Program-made: the position numbers and the translations under genes | Shown here: piece after piece, positions 25,701-33,535 of the stretch | Layout: each line of letters starts with the position of its first letter | Position numbering within the stretch: position 1 is the stretch's first letter | UHGV virus genome: UHGV-1367341 | From: a virus | Length of the DNA stretch: 54,338 bases | Reading direction: 5' to 3' (one strand) | The notes under the pieces: model-generated | Told to the model about the DNA's origin: nothing | Databases searched by the model: none | Seen by the model: only the letters and a program-made list of their open reading frames with translations

Positions 25701-28700
25701 ACATTAGTCTTGCCGTCTAAGAGTGGGGAATATCTTGGTGTGTCTTCCTCGGGGTACGAGAAGGTAAGCAGATTAAAAGAAAGAGCGTTGCTTTGGGAGG
25801 AGGGCGCGAATAATATGGCTCCTACTACAGAGACCGCCTCTGCAAATGTTCCCACCCCATCAGCCACACAAGGCGGAATGACTGGGGGCAGCGCATCAAA
25901 CCAAAGCAATGCCCTTTCGCAAGGCAAAGATAGCAAAAAGGATACAGCTGAGGGAGAAGCGAATGATGGCAATCAAGATGATCTTTCAATTGAAGAGAAG
26001 GAAGCTCTGCTATCCAAGGCTAAGCAAGAGCTTGAAGAGAAGGAGGCAGAGCGCACAGCCGTAGCGGAGCAGGCTATTGCTCTCATGAAGGACTACTACG
26101 ACAGCGGTGCAATCCCCGGCATGGATAGTGGCGAGTTTCATGGGCAGGCTACCCTTATCCTCATCGGCTTCAAAGACCGAAGTAATCTTGAGCTGATGAA
26201 AGCCCCTGGGCTTAGTGAGCTTCTACCCAGCCTGTATAAGCTGGCAGACGAGGCGAGAGAGAAGAAGATGCTGGTCCGAAAGTATGAGAAGGAGCTCAGC
26301 CAAGCAACGGAAGAAGAGGGCGAAACGTCCACCTATAACGATGCTATCCGAGATGAGCTTGTCAATACGATGCGAGATGCAGGTATCGAGGTCGTCACGG
26401 ACGAAGCTGAAGGTCAGGCGGTGCTTGATGCAGCGCGCGCTGGTGAGGCACAAATGCAACGAGCCTACCATGGGACGGATGCTGACTTTGAAGCCTTTGA
26501 CCATAGTCACATGGGAGAGGGCGCAGGTGGTCAAGCATACGGCTGGGGCTCTTACTTCACCGAGGAGGAGGGCGTCGCTCGGTCCTATGCAGGTGGTGGC
26601 TTCGTATATGAGGCAGAGCTGCCCGATGATACGGGAAGCAACTACCTGCATTTTGAGAGCAAGCCAAGCAATAAGGACATCGCCCGTGTAAAGAGGGAGC
26701 TTGTGGAATACATCCTTCGCAATGACGAAGAGGGTATGTACGACTATCCTCAAGGCAAGGACGACTTGACGCAGGAGGTGGATGACGCAGGAGAGCCTAC
26801 TACATGGAGAGACCTTTATGGTACGGTATCTTCGCACCTTGGCTCAGATAAGGAGGCCAGCGCATTCTTCCACTCCATCGGGTATGTTGGTATCCAATAT
26901 AACTCTTCTGAGACCGATGGGGGAAAGAAGAACCTCGTCATCTTCGATGAGAGCGACATCGCCATACAATCAAAGGTGCGCCTATTCAAGACCAGCAGCG
27001 GAGAGGCGTACGGCTTTGTCAAGGATGGGAAGATCTACCTCGACCTCAAACACGCAACGGCCGAGACGGCTATCCACGAGTACACGCACCTATGGGCGAG
27101 TGCCCTACGTCGAGTAAACCCTCGTGCGTGGAAGTCTATACGGAAGCAACTCAAGGGCTTCGAACTGTGGGCGAACATCGAAAGTAGATACCCCGAACTC
27201 AAGGGTGATGAAGATGCCTTAGCAGATGAGGTGCTTGCTCAGTACTCGGGCAAGCGCGGTGCTCAACGCATTGAGGAGGAGATGCAGAAGGAGGATAATG
27301 CTACGGACCTTGTAGGAAAGGCGCGTGTGCTCGCAGCGTTCAATAGCCTCAAGGAAGCACTCAAAACCTTTTGGACTGAGGTCGCAGACTTCTTCGGGAT
27401 GGACTATTATAAGTCCGTGGAAGACGCAGCTGACAAGGCTATGAGCGACCTTCTGCGTGGGGTAAATCCTAATGCAGTAGAAGCAAAAAAGAAGGAGGCT
27501 ACGAAGAAGAAGCCCACGAAGAAGTCAACCGCGAAGAAGGAGATAGCTACGTCAAGTGTCATCGCCCCCGACAGCGAACGATACAATGGGTATATCGTGG
27601 CTCTCCCCAAGTCTGGGAAGGCTGGCGCAGAAGTCGGTAACATAGAGGAGTTCGTAGCAGCAGATGGAATGCGAGAGGGGCTGACGGTTATCTACCAAGC
27701 CCCCGAAGGGTTTGCCGTGGCCAGCAACGGCACTATGGCCATTGCAGACAAAACGCAGTTCGACGTGTACAAGAAGGGGAAGGCGTACAAGCTGGACGGG
27801 ACAACGATTGATGCTGGGGCATGGAAGCCCCTCAAAGATAAGTGGCAGTCATTCGTCTCTACGGAAACGAGAGGTGATAACTCCGACCCATTCACAGAGT
27901 CCCCCGTCAAGATACCCCGACTATCCAAGTATTTAGATCAAGTAGAGCAAGACCTCTACAACAGATGGAAGGCTGACAAGAGCGGAGGGCGTACAAGGGA
28001 TAGCTTCAAGGCGTATCGTAGTCGTGCATTGGTGTCTATCCCCAATGGGCGAGGAGAATACGTTAGTTATCCATATACAGATCTGAGAACCATAGCCTTG
28101 GCCGCAAAGCGATTAGGCGTTACATCCTTCTTCGTGGAAGGGGATCTACACTTTGGCTCTTCCGAACAGCCTGGCCGTCGTCTTGTCGGCAATGGTAGAC
28201 TCGGATCTGTGGTACACGCGGGCTATTTTGAAACAAGAGACCATAATGCATCCAAGAGGAAAGAACTCTCCTATCTGTATGATGAGTCTGTTGGAGTCAA
28301 GGATATAGACGAAGGGGTACGCATGCAGAAGGAGCTCGAGGAGAAGGACGCGAAGTACGCAGAGATGGACGCCCAGGTGAGCGCAGCCAACAACGTGAGC
28401 AATGCGGAGGAGGATACCGAAGAAGCTAATGACGAGGAGGTGCGCTACCGCTCCGACGAGTTAGACGAAGTTAGTAATCGGTTCAATGCGGAGCTTGCTC
28501 AGCTCACAGAAGAGAATTCAGATAGCACTATCTTCTCCCTTGGCATGCCTTCTTCCGAACTTATCGCAGGCGGAGTAGCTCCTAAACTTATGCGTCTATA
28601 TGGGAACAAGGTGATCAAGAAGATGAAGAAGCATGGATTTGCTTTGTCTGACCTTCTGGATCTGCCGAAAGCTGTTGCACAGCCTATTGCAGTGTTCTCA

Positions 28701-31700
28701 ACACATAGGGATGGGAGTCACGCAATTCTTACAGAACTCAAGACAGATGAAGGGAACATACTGGTTACTCTTGAAGTAGGTAAGGGTGGTGCCGATGTAG
28801 ACTTTAATCTACTTACATCTACTTACGGCAAGAGTCACGGCAAGGTTGTTCAATGGCTTAATTCAGGTAAGGCGACCTATATAAATAAAGAAAAAGCCCT
28901 TGAGTATCTTGCCAGCGCTCCCGCTCCAATTGCGGGTGCTAAACAAGCTCAAGAGCTTTCTCTTGCCACAAAGGTAGTAGAAACTTTTGACAACCCACCC
29001 CTTGCGAGCGAAGATCTCGGGATCGGCAATGATAATCAAGCGGCCGAGGATAACGACGATGAGGTACGCTTCCGCAGCAGCCGCCTATCCCCTGAGCTTC
29101 AAGCTATCAAGGATCAGGCAAAGGCGGATGGGAGCTTCATGAAAGCCCCCAATGGGAGACCCACCAACCTTACAGAGAAGCAATGGCTACAAGTCCGTAC
29201 GCCTGAGTTCAAGGAGTGGTTCGGAGACTGGGAGAACGACCCAACAAATGCGTCTAAGGTAGTAGATGAGAACGGGGAGCCGATGGTGGTGTATCATGGG
29301 ACGAGCGTCAGTAGTAGACGTTTCTTCAAATTTAAGGACGGAGCCCCTAATTGGTTTACGCCATCGGAGTATTATGCAAAGGCTTTCACATTCGATGAAG
29401 ATATCCCTGTCATGTATCCCTCGTTTATCAAGATCAAGAAGCTCATGCACTTAGGGTACATTGATGGCGATGTGATATCAGGAAAGATCAGGTCGCTATC
29501 TCTTGATACGGGGATAAGTGAGAGTAGCATCAGATACATAGTGTCGAAAGAAAGAGCAGATAAGGTCTATCAAATAACCAATTCACCACTCTTCAAAAGA
29601 GAGGCTATGGCTCTTGGTTATGACGGGATGATGGCATTTGAAGCTGGCGTCGACTCTTTCGCGATCTTCTCACCCTCCCAGGTCAAGAGTGCCACAGAGA
29701 ATGTTGGCTCGTTTGACGGGATGAATGATGATATCCGATACAGCTCATACGATGCAGCCGAGCGAGAGGACCTCGACATGCAGGATCTCGACGAGGTGGC
29801 CAACAGCGCAGCAGAAGCCCTCGGGGAAAGCGTCCGCGTCATTCACGACACGTCAGAGATTGAAGGCCGCAGTGAAAGCGAGACGAACAGAATGCGCGGT
29901 GCTAAGGGTTGGTATGATCCTAAGACGGGGCAGGTGGTAGTGGTGCTACCTAATGCGGAGAGCGCAGACGACGTCGAAGCTACTATCCTCCATGAGGTCG
30001 TAGGGCACAAGGGCTTGCAGGAGCTTGTCGGTAAGGACCAGTTCGGCAAGTTCCTTGACGAGGTGTTCGAAGGTGCTAACGAAGCCGTGCGAAATGGTAT
30101 TGTCGAGCGAAGCAAGAGATACGGGTGGAACACCCGCCTTGCCACCGAGGAGTATATCGCAGAGCTTGCTGAGCAGGGCTTCAAGGATCTCGAAGCACGC
30201 GACCTGTGGAACGTTGTACGCAACGCCTTCTACAACCTTCTCAGCCGAGTGAAGCTCGCGCTGGGCTGGGACGTCAGCGACCGCGAACTCCGCTATATGC
30301 TTTGGCGCACGTATCAGATGAAGAAGGGCGAGGGCCTTATGGGGCAGGCTAAGGATATAGCTATGCAGGAGAAGCTGGGCGTAGGTAACTACGAAGAGGC
30401 CCGCTTCCGTCAGGGTGAGTCAGCCGCCCCCGTAAAGGTAGCCGCCACCTATGATGCGCTTATCAAGAAGTCGAGCTATCAGACACAGGAGGCTCTCCAA
30501 GATAGCATGCTCTCGCTCAAGAAGGTCATGGAAATGATCATGCAGGCCAAGGGTGATGCTAAGTACATCGAGGAGATCGAGGGCTATCAAAATGCCTACA
30601 TGGGAGAGAACAGAGTGTCGAGCGTAAACCAAGCTGAGGCCGCTGCATATAGCCGTATGGCACTCGAGCCCCTGGTGGAAGAGGTAAGCCGTCTTGCCAA
30701 GAAGGCTCACCACTCATACGTCACGGACTACATGATGGCTAAGCACGGGCTTGAGCGTAACCGCGTGATGGCTTTCCAAAAGGCCGTAGAGGCTGACGTC
30801 GATGCGCACAACAAGGCCGTCAAGGAAAGTGGCGAGGGCGAGGAGCTCACGGCAAGCAGTCTGTGGGATGCGTACCTCAATGATACGGATCGCCTGAGAA
30901 ACGAAGCCGACTACCGCGAAGGGCGTATTACGGCTGACGTATGGCACAAGACCGACGACGAGATCCGTGCACGCTACGCACCGAGCTATGCTGAGTACCG
31001 CGAGCGAGACTATGCTGGTCTTACGGGCTTGCTTGATCGTCCCGACGTAGATATTCAGACGCTCGAAGAGGAGGCTATCGAAGAGGTCATGAAGTTCGAG
31101 AATGAGAACGACGTCACCGACCTATGGGAGCTCACGAACAAGGCTACCGACGCACCGCTTGCAAAGCAGTACGAAGGAGGGCTTATGAGCAGAGAGACGC
31201 TGGAACACGTACGCAACATGTACGGGTACTACATCCCACTGCGAGGCTTCGATGAGACGACCAGCGACGAAGCATATAGCTACCTCGGTGACCGAGACCG
31301 CGCCTTCTCTCCCACGCTGAAGAAAGCTAAGGGACGTAGCAGCAAGGCAGAGGACCCGCTCGCACACATCGCAAGTATGATGGAGTCGGCTATCTTGCAG
31401 AGCAACCGCAATAAGCTGGTGCGTCAGAAGTTCCTAAACTTCGTAGAGAACAACCCCAGCGACCTGTTCAGCGTGCAGAAGCTATGGGTGCAGTGGAACA
31501 ACACAACTAAGACCTGGGATGCCGTGCTCCCTGAGTTCGACCCCAACGACACGAGCGAGGAGGTGATCCGTAAGACGCAAGAGTTCGAGGAGGCGATGCG
31601 CAAAAGCCAACGTGAAAACCCCGAGCTCTTCAAGCTGGCAAGCGAGCAGCCCTCTATCCCCTATCGCGTCGTCGGTCAGGATAAGAAGATGCAGCACCAA

Positions 31701-33524
31701 ATCATTGTCAAGCGTGGAGGCCGTGACGTTGTGATCATCGTCAATGGCGACCCACGTGTGGCAATGGCGGTCAATGGGCTGACTAATCCTGATTCAGACG
31801 CTAATGGTCACGTAGGTGCTTTCTTCAAGTGGACAGCAGCCGTGAATAGAAAGCTCGCAGGCTTCTATACGTCGCTCAGCCCGAACTTCGTGGTGAAGAA
31901 CTTCATCCGAGATATTATATACGCTAACACTATTGCGTGGGTCAAGGAGTCACCCACCTACGCAATGACCTACCACGCCAACGTAGCCAAGCTCGCAGGG
32001 CAGATGCACAGGCTTGTCCACCTCTATGAGCACGACAAGCTGGATATGTCCAACGAGACGCACCGCGCGTTTAAGCTCTTCATGGAGAATGGAGGTGAGA
32101 CGGGCTACTCGCAGCTCCGTAGCATGGACCTCCATAAGAAGGAGATCGAGCGTATGATGAAGGAGTCAGGGGGGCGTATTAGCCTCAAGCAGGGCTTCCG
32201 ATTGCTCGGAGACACTATGGAGTTTGCCAACCGAGGCATCGAAGACCTATCTCGCTTCGCTGCGTTCCTGACGAGTAGACAGATGGGCCGCACTATCGAC
32301 CGCTCTATCTACGACGCAAAGGAGATGACCGTGAACTTCAACAAGAAGGGAGCGGGCTCTACCTTCTCTAAAGCGCATACGCAGACGAAGGCTGGTAAGG
32401 CTTCAGCGTACCTTTCGGGATTTGGCCGTAGCTTCTACCTCTTCTGGAACGTATCTATCCAGGGGTCTGTGAACATCGCCCGTGCTGTGAAGAGAAACCC
32501 TAAGAAGGGTGCGGCATATCTCGCCACCTTCCTCGCTCTCGGTATTCTTCAGACGATGCTACCAGCACTCACTGGTGGTGACGATGATGACAGATACTGG
32601 AACTTACCCGACTATGTAAGGCGTAATAATATCTGTTTCTTTGTAGGAGACGTGCTTGTGAAGATCCCTCTACCGCAGGAAGCCCGCGCTATCTTCGGCA
32701 TAGGTGAGCTGGGGATGAGTTACATGTCAGGGAAGGAAGATAAAGATGCTTGGATGGTAGCCTACACCATGGCTGGGCAGCTGTCTCAGATAATGCCACT
32801 TGACCTAATGGACGACTCGGGTCCGATCCACGCACTTATGCCAAGCCTTGCTAAACCCGCCTTCGAGGCATATACCAACCACAGCTGGATGGGGCGCCCT
32901 ATTTGGAAGGATACCGACTACAATAAGGCTATGCCCGCCTGGACCAAGGCTTATAAGTCTACGGGCGGTGTTTACGTATGGCTGGCTAAGGAGCTGAACG
33001 CACTCACGGGTGGTGACGACTACAAACAGGGATGGGTAAACATCAACCCTGCGAGGATTGAGTACCTATTCAAGGGTTACCTCGGTGGGCTCTACACAGC
33101 GGCCGATCAGATAATCAAGTCCAGCGAGACCGCCTTCGGTGATCGTGAGTTCTCGATGCGTGACGTGCCTATCCTCTCGGGCTTCCTCGACGGGGCTGAC
33201 GAACGCAACGATATGCGCAATGTCAATAACACGTACTACCACTTCAAGGAAGAAGCTAAGGAGGTCCTGCGCCTGGGTAAGTCCTACGAGAGTGATCTCG
33301 AGCAAGGAAAGAGTGACTCCACGGACTACGCTAAGAAGCTCGACGAGCTGGTGAACACCAAATCGTATGAGCGTGCGCTGCTCTTCGAGGATCTCAGTAA
33401 GGAGATCGAGGAGATGCAGAAGGCCCTGAAGGAGGCTACCGATCCCAAGGAGGCAGAGGAGCTACAGGCAGAGATTGACAAACAGAAGAAGGCACTGGTG
33501 ATCCAGCTGCGCCAAATGAAATAA
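19770..33524 (+). CDS. giant 4,584-aa polyvalent-type cargo protein (ADP-ribosyltransferase-like and metallopeptidase modules, ParB-like region, acidic linkers)
   Basis: Single uninterrupted 13.7-kb ORF. Contains two YHGT(S/D) motifs, two HExxH motifs, a ParB-like GEVIQGNSRADALRA motif and long Glu/Ala/Pro low-complexity linkers. Every antisense ORF in the span is low-complexity. Confidence 0.85.
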   Translation: MPNDKTQKNLSSLHNTLETMGYEVPNIDQFTKYMRKEKNLRTVYDAIASDGGYELPDFDTFKANMGWIKPTPAGVPTPLRPKDQLAPTGKPDAPATPFGFDLSANPKKPSHAPKARLGFPRLDKKMRPVQEVNDPSVPLLKTTRDVAQDENGNVVNVVQPELVPDFDPNNGGVTAPKALLDVTTGKTIRPTELSKEEVDGYNAGNIDAVKDPKLRQALKEANVIYTPDVDMEKVHRDQVRDLEQEIDADLKTAYDSFTDKAAAKAKDTRNLMRFGLATAGASMGGGATTMGMHANPLAVESDPEIYMLKLAKHNIQDAKNYIAEADHNAQEGTFSKWLESSFAGGAARGFAQKLFDTRTWDMGIGDAGEAASIKAAVNKADLGEKLTPAEDKLLQSMVTKMAVEAYFNSQVGHGYTAGSVSAYSIPFMLEMAVNPVSTSGNAIGAKLMRYAVRKFGLNVAGKALRKKAVKAAVKYGIGGLTSAAVSSAALTATSGTAHVAADATSRNTGELKFDYKADPETGELRAQYSGHEEGDDALTATGKAFFMRFMENFSEYSGEALAPIAAGVAKGVGAGAKAAGKAIASHMGKAGAKILDAGRWGTKAARELIDNISASEFGRTITALEKKAHYNGKVLEFAEEKISDLASVLIGDKDLSTDKGKGFFNLDDNIDTFLGVSLTGGVISAAQTAGYFAGGGARGMARYQIGQSEGAVWSTLTTDEQRKAWDDVRRQILLQDGKEQVDAVKSALTNPNFNAEQRRAILDYTKSVQTYKGMSEYRRKQSEDTNTDPLQNELADSYDKGAEMTQAEEMSHARSWYEFAQQKAAERLGVDAEALDEMGAPDQLTLDQVAQLREEHSEQAVQSYVDYLNARATYEGMIGSVSQGIQAEAAQAEQAVRSQQHKDGTLRRATLRGTEGQHVEVHIKDGDLVMDEEGRIDTDKSSKDFIVRDNETGVVRFASIDDIISAEQPTSADDAVSEAVNAVYERREKEAADAINGTITPQVGAVYNLLDADGNPQQIAIQQVGQDGTLDVDYSGVPHKMTTDELQAMADNTRARQIENEHAAQVQQAKAEEREEREQAGLPRYALNDELTIRTPEGEEVTAYVTNEEDADGNIEVYFNEPFDGKKVHLFTKDYLDGVVVGTRLSPESNGNTQAVEAPATPAAPALAQVQPAEEGATTEEEGPAPAPTHEEEVDDAPADPNDESLSPEEAYEAVLRATNGDVVLALEVIESTIADKEKALAKAKKAKPRSADTIEGKIQAREEVAAGIEAAETSLAHWQAVAEIAAEQVQEEVAEVAEPVAEQTEQESEEPTAEQEPAEEEAAEEQEPEAEQEEEAIPASEDTAPEWGKDNPADARARGYIKVEGLRVDRQGQLSDALIGKESDVKFATNDTQQAHYAIIEAESLQPSHIRGYQNQLHFIPEAQPKDRSDVVSEQAAVRIAANINPEEITTSATAYTGAPTINARGEVIQGNSRADALRAVWESFRDTSGAKYKQYLIENAEALGIDPEAIEGMKSPVLVHLADVSDERAIELGQYRQADIESGGVERINPQTLYAKIGEKRDTFIRFLLGTSDDDLSLAESITRNAAETLSWLNRQGFISDTQFRSAFGAKGEITAEAKEDLRNALYRSFFEGAHNSLEAEFYNLPKRTQQALLRVSYRDQQSPADAHFLDELQASVSAYNALMGYTPFAEAKTFEDAERAIETWMRFSGDLITGEVNSEQYSNFAVQLALRYKFLTQKELISKLNAVYDAVQAVSEDTLFGEGEVNPKTLAEAVSEVFSINIDNNTEEDGSTGSSSPGSDLEGSNGGEQEGQGTPGGNEQDQSRAGTPERRGRAASDPQEGEGVTTEAEEVAPEAGDTQASDATGEGYRLSAIAAKRGGNFFENSEGSIDLVKISDNVFEAIGIKPLPMRMTEAMAQHIIKQHAKELGISTQEEAVAFVVGIMQHFDHVREGNKPNTYIFSIEKGRSRTGKRAVTLVLPSKSGEYLGVSSSGYEKVSRLKERALLWEEGANNMAPTTETASANVPTPSATQGGMTGGSASNQSNALSQGKDSKKDTAEGEANDGNQDDLSIEEKEALLSKAKQELEEKEAERTAVAEQAIALMKDYYDSGAIPGMDSGEFHGQATLILIGFKDRSNLELMKAPGLSELLPSLYKLADEAREKKMLVRKYEKELSQATEEEGETSTYNDAIRDELVNTMRDAGIEVVTDEAEGQAVLDAARAGEAQMQRAYHGTDADFEAFDHSHMGEGAGGQAYGWGSYFTEEEGVARSYAGGGFVYEAELPDDTGSNYLHFESKPSNKDIARVKRELVEYILRNDEEGMYDYPQGKDDLTQEVDDAGEPTTWRDLYGTVSSHLGSDKEASAFFHSIGYVGIQYNSSETDGGKKNLVIFDESDIAIQSKVRLFKTSSGEAYGFVKDGKIYLDLKHATAETAIHEYTHLWASALRRVNPRAWKSIRKQLKGFELWANIESRYPELKGDEDALADEVLAQYSGKRGAQRIEEEMQKEDNATDLVGKARVLAAFNSLKEALKTFWTEVADFFGMDYYKSVEDAADKAMSDLLRGVNPNAVEAKKKEATKKKPTKKSTAKKEIATSSVIAPDSERYNGYIVALPKSGKAGAEVGNIEEFVAADGMREGLTVIYQAPEGFAVASNGTMAIADKTQFDVYKKGKAYKLDGTTIDAGAWKPLKDKWQSFVSTETRGDNSDPFTESPVKIPRLSKYLDQVEQDLYNRWKADKSGGRTRDSFKAYRSRALVSIPNGRGEYVSYPYTDLRTIALAAKRLGVTSFFVEGDLHFGSSEQPGRRLVGNGRLGSVVHAGYFETRDHNASKRKELSYLYDESVGVKDIDEGVRMQKELEEKDAKYAEMDAQVSAANNVSNAEEDTEEANDEEVRYRSDELDEVSNRFNAELAQLTEENSDSTIFSLGMPSSELIAGGVAPKLMRLYGNKVIKKMKKHGFALSDLLDLPKAVAQPIAVFSTHRDGSHAILTELKTDEGNILVTLEVGKGGADVDFNLLTSTYGKSHGKVVQWLNSGKATYINKEKALEYLASAPAPIAGAKQAQELSLATKVVETFDNPPLASEDLGIGNDNQAAEDNDDEVRFRSSRLSPELQAIKDQAKADGSFMKAPNGRPTNLTEKQWLQVRTPEFKEWFGDWENDPTNASKVVDENGEPMVVYHGTSVSSRRFFKFKDGAPNWFTPSEYYAKAFTFDEDIPVMYPSFIKIKKLMHLGYIDGDVISGKIRSLSLDTGISESSIRYIVSKERADKVYQITNSPLFKREAMALGYDGMMAFEAGVDSFAIFSPSQVKSATENVGSFDGMNDDIRYSSYDAAEREDLDMQDLDEVANSAAEALGESVRVIHDTSEIEGRSESETNRMRGAKGWYDPKTGQVVVVLPNAESADDVEATILHEVVGHKGLQELVGKDQFGKFLDEVFEGANEAVRNGIVERSKRYGWNTRLATEEYIAELAEQGFKDLEARDLWNVVRNAFYNLLSRVKLALGWDVSDRELRYMLWRTYQMKKGEGLMGQAKDIAMQEKLGVGNYEEARFRQGESAAPVKVAATYDALIKKSSYQTQEALQDSMLSLKKVMEMIMQAKGDAKYIEEIEGYQNAYMGENRVSSVNQAEAAAYSRMALEPLVEEVSRLAKKAHHSYVTDYMMAKHGLERNRVMAFQKAVEADVDAHNKAVKESGEGEELTASSLWDAYLNDTDRLRNEADYREGRITADVWHKTDDEIRARYAPSYAEYRERDYAGLTGLLDRPDVDIQTLEEEAIEEVMKFENENDVTDLWELTNKATDAPLAKQYEGGLMSRETLEHVRNMYGYYIPLRGFDETTSDEAYSYLGDRDRAFSPTLKKAKGRSSKAEDPLAHIASMMESAILQSNRNKLVRQKFLNFVENNPSDLFSVQKLWVQWNNTTKTWDAVLPEFDPNDTSEEVIRKTQEFEEAMRKSQRENPELFKLASEQPSIPYRVVGQDKKMQHQIIVKRGGRDVVIIVNGDPRVAMAVNGLTNPDSDANGHVGAFFKWTAAVNRKLAGFYTSLSPNFVVKNFIRDIIYANTIAWVKESPTYAMTYHANVAKLAGQMHRLVHLYEHDKLDMSNETHRAFKLFMENGGETGYSQLRSMDLHKKEIERMMKESGGRISLKQGFRLLGDTMEFANRGIEDLSRFAAFLTSRQMGRTIDRSIYDAKEMTVNFNKKGAGSTFSKAHTQTKAGKASAYLSGFGRSFYLFWNVSIQGSVNIARAVKRNPKKGAAYLATFLALGILQTMLPALTGGDDDDRYWNLPDYVRRNNICFFVGDVLVKIPLPQEARAIFGIGELGMSYMSGKEDKDAWMVAYTMAGQLSQIMPLDLMDDSGPIHALMPSLAKPAFEAYTNHSWMGRPIWKDTDYNKAMPAWTKAYKSTGGVYVWLAKELNALTGGDDYKQGWVNINPARIEYLFKGYLGGLYTAADQIIKSSETAFGDREFSMRDVPILSGFLDGADERNDMRNVNNTYYHFKEEAKEVLRLGKSYESDLEQGKSDSTDYAKKLDELVNTKSYERALLFEDLSKEIEEMQKALKEATDPKEAEELQAEIDKQKKALVIQLRQMK
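23950..24450 (+). other. ParB/Srx-like nuclease-type domain inside the giant protein
   Basis: GEVIQGNSRADALRAVWE (nt 24168..24221) resembles ParB box II (G-x-x-R-x-x-A). Preceded by a box-I-like IPEAQPKDRS. Confidence 0.35.
26457..26760 (+). other. ART-like domain 1 (AYHGTDADFEAF ... GWGSYFTEEEG ... VYEAEL)
   Basis: H-G-T NAD-binding-type motif at nt 26469..26477, downstream aromatic S/T-Y-F motif and acidic residue. Pattern of H-Y-E-class ADP-ribosyltransferases (ART-PolyVal-like). Confidence 0.4.
27060..27095 (+). other. zincin HExxH motif 1 (TAIHEYTHLW)
   Basis: HEYTH at nt 27075..27089, about 200 aa downstream of ART-like domain 1. Confidence 0.45.
29283..29580 (+). other. ART-like domain 2 (VVYHGTSVSSRRFF ... 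NWFTPSEYYAKAF)
   Basis: Second H-G-T motif at nt 29295..29303 with similar downstream pattern. Internal duplication of domain 1. Confidence 0.4.
29976..30020 (+). other. zincin HExxGH motif 2 (ILHEVVGHKG)
   Basis: HEVVGH at nt 29991..30008, about 230 aa downstream of ART-like domain 2. Confidence 0.45.
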
Positions 33525-33535
33525 GAGAGAAGCGA

